DNA of 47,593 nucleotides from Candidatus Krumholzibacteriia bacterium (GCA_026387805.1 JAPLKY010000206.1:1-47593); one strand, 5' to 3'. Shown: positions 26,855-36,494, counted from the stretch's first letter. A program made the numbers and translations. Notes: generated from the sequence alone by a model not told the origin.

Positions 26855-29800
26855 ATGTTTGCTGCCGGAAGGATTGTGGCGACTGTTGCCGTTTTCTTAT
26901 CACTGCTGAGTTACGGCGCCGCCGCTCAGACCTGGGAAGATCTCCTGAAGCAAGCGGATGCGCTGTCACAGGCGCAAAAAGCCGATTCCGCCCTCATCTT
27001 AGGCAAGAAAGCCCTGAAGCTGGTCGAAAAGGCGTATGGCACCGAGGATACAACTACAGCACGTGCCTTGCATCATGTGGGCATTTTCAGCACCGATGCG
27101 GGCAATTATGATGATGCCATCTCCTGCCTCAAGCGGGCTCTTTCAATCCGAGAAAGAGCTTTTGGCTCCGGGGCCATAGCTGTTGGCCATACCAAGTACT
27201 TCTTGGCAGACGCCTACTTCAAGAGTGGCGAAAACGCCCAGGCTGAAGAACTTCTTACTGCGGCGCTTGCGATATATAGAAGCGATAGCGGCGAGGCAAA
27301 CGAATGGGTCGGCAAATGCGTTCTGGAGCTCGCCAATGTCGAGAGGGCGCTGATGAAATGGCCCGAAGCAATTGCTCACTTCAAAGAAGCCCAAGCGATT
27401 TTCGAGAAACTCTATGGTCCCGAGAATTCTCTGGTAGCTCGTACCTTGCTTGGCAGGGCAAACCTGTATAGGGAAAAAAGCGAATACCGGAACGCGGAAG
27501 CCGCATATAAGGGTGCAATTTCAATCTGGGAAAGGACCGCGGGTCCCTTGGATCATAATCTTGCTTCGGCGTACGATAATTTGGCTTCTTCGTACCGGCA
27601 GGAGGGCAGATTTGCCGAATCCGAGGAGTATCACAAGAAGGCTCTCGGTATCGTGCAGAAGATCCTCAGGCCTGATCACCCTGATTTGGCATCGTACCTT
27701 TGCAATACCGCCACTCTCTACTGCGACTTGGGAAAGTTCGCCGAGGCGGAATCTCTCTACACGAGAGCCCTCACGATAGAGAAGAAGGCATACGGCGTCG
27801 ATAATTCGAAAGTGGCCGAAACCCTCGATCTGGTGGCCGGTTTCTACTTTGATACTCAGCAGTTCGAAAAGGCCGAAGAGGTTTCAAAGCAATGCTTGGC
27901 CATAAAAAGGAAAGAACTTTCACCCAATCATTACTTGCTCGCCACCAACTTATCCAATCTTGCCGTAATCAATTACGCGCTCGAAGATTATGCCGAAGTC
28001 GAATCCTTACTGAAAGAATCCATAGAGATATATGAGGCAGCGTCGGCCGAGGAGAATCACTACGCTGCCGCCGCAATATTGAATCTGGCGACCTACTATA
28101 TGTTGAGGGGTAACTATCCTGCGGCGGACTCCCTCAACAATGAAGCGTTGGCTATCTATGAAAAAATCTACGGGCCGGATCATCTCGACGTTGCTCTGAC
28201 CCTCGAAGCGCTTGCAACGAGCCAAATGGTACAAGAAGACCCCGCGAAAGCTATCGCTCTGGGCGAAAGGGCGTTCAAGATCCGGTGGCAGAACTTCCAG
28301 AACAACGGGTATATCCTTCCGGAAGAAGATGCATTGATCTATTCGGCCCAGCTGCGGGGAGCGGCAGATTTGGTACTTTCCTTCTACTTTGCCCTTCCCG
28401 GCGATGCACAGCTGGAAAGGGCCTCCTTTGCGAGAGGCCTGGCCGATATTGCCTTGGCTTCCAAAGGCAATGTATCGGATATTATTCTTGGACGGCAGCG
28501 ATCGCTAGCCGTCGAGAGCGATTCCATAGCTCGAGGGCTGGAAGATTCTTACAGAGCAACCATTCTGCGGTCTTCGGAGCTATTCGCTGAAAAGCCGACC
28601 GCAATGCCCCAGCGCACATACCGCCGACAGCTTGACTCACTTCAGCAAGTGATAGATCAGATGGAAGCGGAACTCAATCGCCACAGCGAGAGCTTCCGGG
28701 AAAAGCGGGCCTTGGAAAATATCAGTTGTGATCGGATACGCGAGTTGCTACCCCAAGGCGCGACCCTCGTTGAGTACGTAAAATATGATTTCATCCGATT
28801 GAGTCCCGCGGACACACAATCCTGCTACCTCGCCGTCACCCTGGACAATACCGGACCTCTCGCTTTTGTCGATCTCGGAGGAGCCGCGGCCATTGATTCT
28901 CTCGTTACCGCATATCTCGAACACATGGGTAGAATGGCATCTCGATCTCATGCGCCTTTGAAAGAGGATATGCCCGAGTACGAGCGCATCGCAAGGAAAC
29001 TCTACAGCGCCGTTATCGGCCCCGTGGAAAACCGTATTACTGGAAAGACCCTCGTTCTCATCGCCCCCGACGGCGCGCTGAATAGCGTCTCATTTGCCGG
29101 CCTTGTCGATAAGAGGGGAAGATATCTGATCGAAGATGTGCCGATCCATTATCTATCTACGGGCAGAGACCTCATACGCTTGGAGCATCGGAACGAATCG
29201 GGCGCCGGTCTCTTCGCTCTCGGAGATCCGGATTTCGATGCGACCCCGGCCGAGAGACTCTCTCGCATGGCATCTGCCGCATACGCAATGGCAGGCGAAG
29301 ATGCATCCATCAATCGCAAGGCGCGAGTGAATATGGGAAATATGCGGAGCTCGAAGCTGGCGCGATTGCCCCGCAGCCAGGCGGAGGTCAAAGAAATTGT
29401 GAAGGAATGGAGACGGCTCACCAAGGAACCGGTCGCCGAATTCCTCGGGGCGGAGGCCAGCGAAGACAATTTTGTTGCTCAGGCGCCGGGAAAAAGGATC
29501 ATTCACCTGGCGACCCATGGATATTTCTACGAAGCGATGAACGAACATCTTCAAGGCGAAGACGAATCTTCCATGCAACCGGGCGTCGCCGAGCTCAATC
29601 CTCTGCTTCTTTCAGGGCTTTTTTTCGCGGGAGCGAATTATGATGGCGCCGCGTCCGCCGCACAGGACGTTGAAGACGGTCTCCTCACCGCGTATGAAGT
29701 ATCCGCCATGAATCTCGCCGGCACCGACATGGTGGTACTATCTGCATGCGAGAGCGCCTTGGGTGCGATCAGATCGGGCGAAGGGGTCTACGGTCTTCGT

Positions 29801-30055
29801 CGCGCCTTCGAGATGGCGGGAGTACGGACCATCGTGAGCGCACTATGGCCGGTGCCCGACGCGGCGACCGCCCGCCTGATGAGCCAATTGTACGCGCATT
29901 CGGAGCAGCCGATCCCGGATCGGATTCGGCGCGTACAGATGGATCAGATCAAGAAACTGCGGGCGGAAGGCTCCGCCGATCATCCATACAGTTGGGCGGC
30001 TTTCATAGCCATCGGCGATTGGCACAGTTTATGGCCGGAGGCGGTCATCCACTGA
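26855..30055 (+). CDS. exported TPR-repeat + CHAT (caspase-like peptidase) domain protein, paralog 1
   Basis: The ATG at 26855 follows GGAGGTG; the track start at 26837 is also possible. It has signal peptide MFAAGRIVATVAVFLSLLSYGAAA-Q and a long array of TPR-like repeats. The CHAT domain carries HLATHGYF (His at nt 29516-29518) and VVLSACESALG (Cys at nt 29747-29749). Confidence 0.85.
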   Translation: MFAAGRIVATVAVFLSLLSYGAAAQTWEDLLKQADALSQAQKADSALILGKKALKLVEKAYGTEDTTTARALHHVGIFSTDAGNYDDAISCLKRALSIRERAFGSGAIAVGHTKYFLADAYFKSGENAQAEELLTAALAIYRSDSGEANEWVGKCVLELANVERALMKWPEAIAHFKEAQAIFEKLYGPENSLVARTLLGRANLYREKSEYRNAEAAYKGAISIWERTAGPLDHNLASAYDNLASSYRQEGRFAESEEYHKKALGIVQKILRPDHPDLASYLCNTATLYCDLGKFAEAESLYTRALTIEKKAYGVDNSKVAETLDLVAGFYFDTQQFEKAEEVSKQCLAIKRKELSPNHYLLATNLSNLAVINYALEDYAEVESLLKESIEIYEAASAEENHYAAAAILNLATYYMLRGNYPAADSLNNEALAIYEKIYGPDHLDVALTLEALATSQMVQEDPAKAIALGERAFKIRWQNFQNNGYILPEEDALIYSAQLRGAADLVLSFYFALPGDAQLERASFARGLADIALASKGNVSDIILGRQRSLAVESDSIARGLEDSYRATILRSSELFAEKPTAMPQRTYRRQLDSLQQVIDQMEAELNRHSESFREKRALENISCDRIRELLPQGATLVEYVKYDFIRLSPADTQSCYLAVTLDNTGPLAFVDLGGAAAIDSLVTAYLEHMGRMASRSHAPLKEDMPEYERIARKLYSAVIGPVENRITGKTLVLIAPDGALNSVSFAGLVDKRGRYLIEDVPIHYLSTGRDLIRLEHRNESGAGLFALGDPDFDATPAERLSRMASAAYAMAGEDASINRKARVNMGNMRSSKLARLPRSQAEVKEIVKEWRRLTKEPVAEFLGAEASEDNFVAQAPGKRIIHLATHGYFYEAMNEHLQGEDESSMQPGVAELNPLLLSGLFFAGANYDGAASAAQDVEDGLLTAYEVSAMNLAGTDMVVLSACESALGAIRSGEGVYGLRRAFEMAGVRTIVSALWPVPDAATARLMSQLYAHSEQPIPDRIRRVQMDQIKKLRAEGSADHPYSWAAFIAIGDWHSLWPEAVIH

Positions 30056-30133
30056 GGAGAGGCCCAAACGCTTTTCGAACGCCGCTACAAGCATGACAAC
30101 TATTTGGACGATCGCAATAAGAAGGAGGAAATT

Positions 30134-33100
30134 GTGAGGTCTATTTCGAGGATTGTGATGATGACCGCCATGTTTCTTATGGCGTGCTCGCAACCGCTTT
30201 GGGCAGAGAGCTGGCAGGAATCCCTGGCCCGAGCTGATTCCCTCTTCAACGCTCAGAATAAGGAATCCGCAATTGACGAATGCCGGAAGGCTCTCGAAAA
30301 GGCCGAGGGCATATTTGGACAGGAGGATACCTTAACGGCGCGCATTCTCCATCGGTTGGGATCCTATTATTCGGCAAGCAACAGATTTCAAGAAGCGGAG
30401 GGCAGCTACAAACGTTCTCTTTCCATCAGAGAAAGGGTCTTTGGCAACGAGAACCTCGAGGTGGCAAATAGTCTCGAGGCCCTGGCGATGCTCTATGTGC
30501 AACTTGGCAAGCCCATTGATGCTGAACCCCTGAGCCGCAGATCTCTCGCGATACGGGAGAAAATGCTCGGTATAGATGATCTCTCGGTTGCGAATAATCT
30601 CATGAATCTGGCAATCATTGTCGATTATCAAGGGAAATATGATGAGGCCGAGTCGCTCAACAATCGCTCTCTAGCGATCAGAGAGGCGAAGCTTGACCCT
30701 GAAGATCTCTCTATTGGTCAAGGCCTCAATAATCTTGCGATCGTCTATTACCAAAAAGGCAAGTACGCGGAGGCCGAGCCTCTCTACCGGCGCGCCCTGA
30801 TGATAAGAGAAAAGGGGCTAGGCAATGATCATCCGGAACTTGCGAAAACTCTCGCCAATTTAGCCCTCAATTATCGCGATCAGGGGAGATTCGCGGAGGC
30901 CGAGCCCCTTTTCCAGCGCGCCATATCAATCTTTGAGAAAAAGCTCCCGGCAGAGCACCCGGTCAAGGCGAACGCACTAACAAACTTGGGCAGCCAATAC
31001 TATCTTCAAGGGAGATATGAGGATGCGGTAACACTATACTCTCGTGCGCTCGCAATCATGGAAAAGGTGTATGGCTCCGAAAGCCTCAACATCACGAGCA
31101 GTCTCACCAATCTCGCGAACGTCTATGGGGATCAGGGCAAGTATGACCAGGCCACGGAGCTCAGCATGCGCGCCCTCGCAATCAAGGAAAAGTACTACCC
31201 GCCCAATCACCCGAGCATCGCGAATAGCGTGATCAATCTTGCGCAGCTTTATCATCTTCAGGGCCAATACGCTGAATCGGAAGCAATGCATAAAAGGGCT
31301 CTCGCTATACGCCAAGAGGTGTTGCCTCCGGGGCACCCGGATATCGCCCAGAGCTATGTTCAAATAGCCAATCTCTTCATTGACGAAGGTGATTACATCG
31401 CGGCGGACAGTGCATTGGACACTGCTTTGGCCATTCAAGAGACCTCTCTCGGTCCCAATCATCCTGACGTGGGCTTAACCCTGGAGCTAATGTCCGAATT
31501 GTGCCGGCATCGGAAAGAAGGAGAGAGGGCATTGCTGTTGGCCGAGCGAGCCGCACGGATAGCCCGCAGCAGCTTCATCGAGAATGCGAACGTCTTGCCC
31601 GAAAATGATGCGCTTACTTATTCTCATCTTTTCCGCAGATCCGCTTACAAATACCTGAGCGCCTACGAAGATCTAAGAGCCAGAAGTACTGAAACGGCGC
31701 TCGGAGTATCGGACGCACTCTTCAGTACAAAGGGGCAAGTCTCGGATGAAATTTTCGAACGCCGCAAGCCGCTCGTATTGGAGGGAGACTCAACCACCGT
31801 GACCCTTATGCAGAAACATAATTCGGCCCGGCGTCAACTCTCAAAGATCTTTATTCAGGGCCCTGGCAAGAACATTAGAGTATACAAAGCAGAGGTTGAT
31901 TCTTTGGCCAATGTGGTCGCCTCGCTTGAGTCCGATCTCTCGGCACAAAGCGCAACCTACAGGCGAGGTCAGCAGAGCAAGGACATCACTGCCCGGCGCA
32001 TCTCTTCTCTCTTGCCTCCCCAGAGTATACTTATTGAATACTTCAAGTACGATTATTATGGCATTCAGCCCAAGGTCAGAATCCCGCGGTACGTGGCCGT
32101 GGCGCTCGATGAAAAAGCCACGCCATTCATCGTCGATTTGGGAGCCGCAGCCGTTATTGACTCGCTCGTCGATGTCTACCATAACCACATGCTGGCTGTT
32201 TCCAAGAAACGGCATCTGCCGTTGAAGGAAGACCAAGCAGCATATTCAATGATTGCCTCGGAGCTCTATGCAAAGATATTTGCGCCGATCGAATCGTCGG
32301 TTCGTGGGAAGAAACTCGTATTCATCGCGCCCGACGGAGCGCTCAACCTGGTCTCCTTCGCCGCGCTGGTGGATAAGAGCGGAAAGTATGTGATCGAACA
32401 ATATCCAATCCACTATCTTTCCGCCGGCCGCGATATCATCCGCCTTCAATACAAGGATATATCCGCGCGCGGACTATTTGCCCTCGGCGACCCCAACTAC
32501 GACGATGCCCCGGCTCAATACGCCGCTACCGCGCGAGATGCATACGCCACCCGCAACATGCGTTCGGAGTGCACGAATCTGAACAGCCTGATGGCCAAAC
32601 GCCTGCCCCAAACAAAGAAAGAGATTCAACTGGTCGCGAATCTCTGGAAGACTCAGAGCGATGAACCTATGGAAATCTATCTTGATCGGGACGCCACCGA
32701 GGAAAACTTCAAGACAGAAGCTTCAAAAAAGAGATGCATTCACCTCGCCACGCATGGCTACTATTTGACGGGGGCATGCAAGAGTGCTCAAGGAGGACAA
32801 TGGTCGGCGCTCAACGAGGCGTTTGTCGGCGAAAATCCGTTGTTGCTCTCCGGTCTTCTGCTTGCCGGCGCCAATCGGCACGGCACCTCGGCCGATAGCC
32901 TTGGCACCGAGGACGGTATCCTCACGGCCTATGAAGTCTCCGCTATGGATCTTACGGGCACGGAAGTTGTTGTACTCTCCGCGTGCGAAACAGCTCTCGG
33001 GGACATAAAAGAAGGCGAGGGCGTTTATGGCTTGCGGCGCGCATTCCAGATGGCCGGTGCCCGGACGATTGTCAGCGCGCTCTGGCCCGTTCCTGATGAG

Positions 33101-33265
33101 GCCACGGCAGAGATGATGACGCGCCTCTATGCCCCATCGAAACAGTCTTTTCCCGATCGTTTCCGGCAGATGCAATTGGAGCAGATTAGAAAACTCCGCA
33201 GTCAGGGTTCCGCTGACCACCCTTACACCTGGGCAGGGTTCATTGCGATCGGGGACTGGAAATAG
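30134..33265 (+). CDS. exported (possibly lipoprotein) TPR-repeat + CHAT domain protein, paralog 2
   Basis: The GTG at 30134 lies 5 nt after GAAGGAGG; the track's TTG at 30104 is less likely. The N-terminus MRSISRIVMMTAMFLMAC-SQ is lipobox-like. After a TPR array it carries HLATHGYY (His at nt 32753-32755) and VVLSACETALG (Cys at nt 32984-32986). The C-terminal region is ~75% identical by eye to paralog 1. Confidence 0.85.
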   Translation: MRSISRIVMMTAMFLMACSQPLWAESWQESLARADSLFNAQNKESAIDECRKALEKAEGIFGQEDTLTARILHRLGSYYSASNRFQEAEGSYKRSLSIRERVFGNENLEVANSLEALAMLYVQLGKPIDAEPLSRRSLAIREKMLGIDDLSVANNLMNLAIIVDYQGKYDEAESLNNRSLAIREAKLDPEDLSIGQGLNNLAIVYYQKGKYAEAEPLYRRALMIREKGLGNDHPELAKTLANLALNYRDQGRFAEAEPLFQRAISIFEKKLPAEHPVKANALTNLGSQYYLQGRYEDAVTLYSRALAIMEKVYGSESLNITSSLTNLANVYGDQGKYDQATELSMRALAIKEKYYPPNHPSIANSVINLAQLYHLQGQYAESEAMHKRALAIRQEVLPPGHPDIAQSYVQIANLFIDEGDYIAADSALDTALAIQETSLGPNHPDVGLTLELMSELCRHRKEGERALLLAERAARIARSSFIENANVLPENDALTYSHLFRRSAYKYLSAYEDLRARSTETALGVSDALFSTKGQVSDEIFERRKPLVLEGDSTTVTLMQKHNSARRQLSKIFIQGPGKNIRVYKAEVDSLANVVASLESDLSAQSATYRRGQQSKDITARRISSLLPPQSILIEYFKYDYYGIQPKVRIPRYVAVALDEKATPFIVDLGAAAVIDSLVDVYHNHMLAVSKKRHLPLKEDQAAYSMIASELYAKIFAPIESSVRGKKLVFIAPDGALNLVSFAALVDKSGKYVIEQYPIHYLSAGRDIIRLQYKDISARGLFALGDPNYDDAPAQYAATARDAYATRNMRSECTNLNSLMAKRLPQTKKEIQLVANLWKTQSDEPMEIYLDRDATEENFKTEASKKRCIHLATHGYYLTGACKSAQGGQWSALNEAFVGENPLLLSGLLLAGANRHGTSADSLGTEDGILTAYEVSAMDLTGTEVVVLSACETALGDIKEGEGVYGLRRAFQMAGARTIVSALWPVPDEATAEMMTRLYAPSKQSFPDRFRQMQLEQIRKLRSQGSADHPYTWAGFIAIGDWK

Positions 33266-33616
33266 GAGGCCCATTGCCACAGGAAGAGCATGCTTCAATG
33301 GCATTGCATATCCAGAAGTGCCGCATTGAATATGAGCATAAATGGATGGGGAACACCGACCATCTCCATGTACGGGGCTCTGGCGAGCAACCAATACCGC
33401 TTCCGGCCTGTCTCCCGCAACGTGCCGCAAGATTATCATCTGTGGACCCGGTTACGTTGGGCCCAAAGTGGCAAAAGGTCATATTTGACATTGACCGGTT
33501 GCGCGGATGCATATTGCGCGGTTCGTGAAACATACGAATCCGATGATTCTCTCACGCGGGGTATCCGCGTTGGCTATTGATCATAGGGATCTGCTGCACC
33601 GCGAGAGCACGATCAC

Positions 33617-33650
33617 AAACCGGGTCGATTCCCAAGAATCGGCCCGGTTT
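33617..33650 (+). other. 15-bp stem-loop in a 523-nt non-coding spacer (terminator-like)
   Basis: AAACCGGGTCGATTC-ccaa-GAATCGGCCCGGTTT pairs over 15 bp with one G.U. The stem ends in TTT in either orientation and lies ~350 nt after the CHAT-2 stop. Confidence 0.35.
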
Positions 33651-33788
33651 CTAGAGGGAAAACACACTGTCATCGCCGGTTTTTTATAGTTCTCATGCCC
33701 AAAGATGCGCTATAATAACCCCCAGACGCACGGGGGAAAAGACCACATTGATATGCTAATTAGAAAAGCGTTAGCGAGGTGAGTTCGA

Positions 33789-34700
33789 ATGAGCAGTAAG
33801 TTCTTGTTCCGTGCCATCGGTCTGGCGATACTTATTCTCAGCTCAAATCTGGCTGCCCAAGAATGTCCTGAGGAATCTCCTTTGAAGAATTACACGGGCA
33901 CCGGTTCCATCGTCTGTCCATGTTTTGTTGCAGGGGAAGAAGCGGGTGCCGTGCTTAATGCCCCTGCCGAGCATTACCCCATTCAAGTCCTTCGTATTGG
34001 ACTCGGATGGAGCTCTCAATTCGGCGGAGCACCGCGGCAAGTCGAAGAGGCAATACATATCTATGAAGCGGGGCTTCCGAATCCTGGCGCGCGCCTTTAT
34101 TCCCTCGAGGGTCCCTATCTCACTGATGGGGCGATAAACGAATTCAATCTCGAAAGCCAACTCGGCAAGGTCATTGTCGATTCTGGGCCGTTCACTGTTA
34201 CGCTTCAGTTCTTTAACACGAATGCAGGGGATCCCTTCGCTCCCAGCATGGTACACGACGGTAATGGTTGTCAGACCGGCAAGAATGTAATCTATGCTAT
34301 ACCTGACGGCTGGATGAATGCGTGTGCCGCGGGCGCTACCGGAGATTGGATCCTGTATGCAGTTTATCGACGAGTCAACTGCACTACGGGCACTGATGAA
34401 GAATATATCGCCTCAAACCGCGTGCCGGCATTTCTCTGGAATGCGCAGCCGAATCCATTCAGCTCGAGCACGAGGATAGATTTTTTCCTCTCAAAAGAGG
34501 CCAAAATCCGCGTCGATGTCTATGATATACGGGGCAGCAAGGTTGCAACTCTGGCGGATTCCAACTTCCCCCCAGGTAAGCACTCCATCATGTGGGAAGG
34601 AAGATCGCCGAATTCGGCTCGCTTGGCCAGCGGGGTTTATTTCGTAGAGTTACGAAGGGACGATTTCAAAACCGTTAAGAAGGTGATCATTGCTCGCTGA
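33789..34700 (+). CDS. secreted protein with a T9SS-type C-terminal sorting domain
   Basis: 303 aa with an SD GAGGTGA and signal peptide ...LILSSNLAAQE. The C-terminus reads QPNPFSSSTRIDFFL...IRVDVYDIRGSKV...WEGRSPN...SGVYFVELRRDDFKTVKKVIIAR. Confidence 0.75.
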   Translation: MSSKFLFRAIGLAILILSSNLAAQECPEESPLKNYTGTGSIVCPCFVAGEEAGAVLNAPAEHYPIQVLRIGLGWSSQFGGAPRQVEEAIHIYEAGLPNPGARLYSLEGPYLTDGAINEFNLESQLGKVIVDSGPFTVTLQFFNTNAGDPFAPSMVHDGNGCQTGKNVIYAIPDGWMNACAAGATGDWILYAVYRRVNCTTGTDEEYIASNRVPAFLWNAQPNPFSSSTRIDFFLSKEAKIRVDVYDIRGSKVATLADSNFPPGKHSIMWEGRSPNSARLASGVYFVELRRDDFKTVKKVIIAR

Positions 34701-34817
34701 GCGGCGATTGATCAGCAAGCATGAAAAGCGAGCAAAACGGCAAACAGATTTGCAGAACTGATTTTGCTTGCCTGTTCTCCGGGAGAGATTCTGCTTCGAT
34801 AACCCGCCGGTATTTCG

Positions 34818-35810
34818 TCACTCTTCGCCGGAAACGATGTTCATTGGGCACGGCGGTTCTGCACCCGCAAGAATATCGGATGGATCCATCAGATTCCTGC
34901 ACTCATACCCATATATGGTTTGTACCCCCCTCTTATCGCCGCAGGACATGGTCCGTCTGAATGTCGCGCCGAGATCAGTGCTCCAGAACATCGTTTCTGT
35001 CATGCACGAAGGGTCCGTCAAATCATCGAGGCCCCACACATGCCCGAACTCATGCGTTAACACGGATTGCAAATCGAACTTATTGCTCTCACCATTTATG
35101 CCCCATGGTTCCCCAGAGTCAACCGTCACATCAACCTCCGTCACGTATTCCCCGGAATGCCACGTGTAAGTCTGCGCTAGAATCCCGCCGAATTCATCGA
35201 TTGGAGCCGCGTAGACTGCATTATACCCATCGCGGGCTCTGCCCACGCTTCTGAGGTTCAAATCGTAGCTAAATCCAATCTTGGCGCAGCTATTCCAATG
35301 CCATTCGCTCATTGCGCGTATGGCGGTATTGTTCGATATGCTTGTCCAGCCAGGATCGAGATTCTTGAAGCTCGGAGCCATCGCAATATTGACCCATTTG
35401 ATGCCTGCTACTTTAGCCCAGATCTTCGGCAGGGCCCGCCAACAACTCGAATTGCTATTGCACGCCCTCTCGCTAACGGGAATGACTGCCCTGGCTGTCG
35501 CAGAAGCTCCATCGTCGTCTGTCACTGTGAGGCTCACGGCAAAGTTGCCGAGGCGTCCGATTCTCTTAACAACCGAGGCATCGCTCGACGCGCTCCCGTC
35601 GTCGAATTTCCACTGAACTCTTGCTATGCGACCATCCGGATCACTCGAGGGTGACGAATTAAATAATATGTCCTCATTAATATATGTAGGGGTCGAGTAA
35701 CTGAACTTGGCGACAGGATCCCTGTTTTCCGGTTCAGAGCACCCGTAAAGCTGGCCCAATATCACCAAGAGTATCAGAGCAAGTACCGCTTTCGCGAAAT
35801 TCGTATCCAT
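34818..35810 (-). CDS. lipoprotein with a PKD domain and a metzincin-type zinc protease domain (HExxHxxGxxD, snapalysin/matrixin-like)
   Basis: AGGAGG precedes the ATG and the lipobox is GQLYGC. The PKD-like segment reads FNSSPSSDPDGRIARVQWKFDDGS...VSLTVTDDDGASA. HEFGHVWGLDD lies at nt 35022-35054 (minus strand). Confidence 0.75.
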   Translation of the reverse strand: MDTNFAKAVLALILLVILGQLYGCSEPENRDPVAKFSYSTPTYINEDILFNSSPSSDPDGRIARVQWKFDDGSASSDASVVKRIGRLGNFAVSLTVTDDDGASATARAVIPVSERACNSNSSCWRALPKIWAKVAGIKWVNIAMAPSFKNLDPGWTSISNNTAIRAMSEWHWNSCAKIGFSYDLNLRSVGRARDGYNAVYAAPIDEFGGILAQTYTWHSGEYVTEVDVTVDSGEPWGINGESNKFDLQSVLTHEFGHVWGLDDLTDPSCMTETMFWSTDLGATFRRTMSCGDKRGVQTIYGYECRNLMDPSDILAGAEPPCPMNIVSGEE

Positions 35811-35823
35811 ATTATCTCTCCTC

Positions 35824-36303
35824 CTATTCCTTTGTCATTATCTTGACTCGCGCCATATATGCCCGGACGCTTTCGCCTGATTCCTGAATGACATCATGTA
35901 CAATTGAGTACTTGCCCTGGGCCCCGTGCTTGACCCCGACCTTCCCGTTTGCTTGTGTTTCAAGATAGAGCAGCACTTCTTCGCCAAGTTCAAAGGTCGG
36001 TACATCGCTCACGATCAACCCAATATCTCCAATATGCCCGCCGACCACTGTAATTTTAACGAGAGTCACTTGTGGGTCGCCCTTAATGCACTTGTTGATT
36101 TGAACGGTATAGTCGGTGAAAATGAGCGCCCCGTCTTCGCTCCAGTAGCATTGCTTCCCGATCACCTTGCCGATGACAATCCCGCTGGATCTCTTTATCA
36201 GTTGCGCCTCCGGAACCTTCACCATGAGCGAATATGCTGATTGGGTTGCCATGACTATCGCCGCGCTTGCCAGAAGGATGATCCTAGAAATCCTCAAATT
36301 CAT
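35824..36303 (-). CDS. secreted hypothetical protein
   Basis: The ATG at 36303 follows GGGAGG, so the track start at 36339 is less likely. It has signal peptide MNLRISRIILLASAAIVMATQSAYS. Its stop lies 13 nt before the protease gene start, so the two are likely co-transcribed. Confidence 0.55.
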   Translation of the reverse strand: MNLRISRIILLASAAIVMATQSAYSLMVKVPEAQLIKRSSGIVIGKVIGKQCYWSEDGALIFTDYTVQINKCIKGDPQVTLVKITVVGGHIGDIGLIVSDVPTFELGEEVLLYLETQANGKVGVKHGAQGKYSIVHDVIQESGESVRAYMARVKIMTKE

Positions 36304-36494
36304 AACAGCCTCCCTCGAATTGACTGGACCGCTAATCAAGAATTGCTCTCCCTCTGCCTTAGATAACGATCATAAGCGGGGGGTTTCGGAGAAAGAAATT
36401 CGAGCACAATCAAATCAGAGTCGCGTTAGGATCAAGAACCGATGGAGGCGGCTTTGATGGGGGAAAACGTTCGTGTGTGACGCAACCAAAGTGA

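Noticed and set aside
26837-33265. TPR-CHAT genes as a CRISPR type III-E (Craspase-like) or other anti-phage defence module.
   Set aside because: The window has no cas genes, no CRISPR repeats and no nucleotide-sensor or effector partners. Both proteins carry N-terminal export signals and sit behind an ECF sigma/anti-sigma pair, which points to envelope signalling rather than cytoplasmic defence.
33617-33650. GGGTCGATTCCC resembles a tRNA T-arm, which could mean a tRNA gene or a tRNA-derived att site.
   Set aside because: The flanking bases do not form a T-stem, acceptor stem or anticodon arm. The sequence is simply one arm of a 15-bp hairpin, and I saw no matching copy at the island edges.
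33274-33689. ORFs 33274..33528, 33290..33580, 33507..33689 and antisense 33240..33533 as small protein genes.
   Set aside because: They have no ribosome-binding sites, overlap one another in different frames, and show no signal peptide or recognisable motif.
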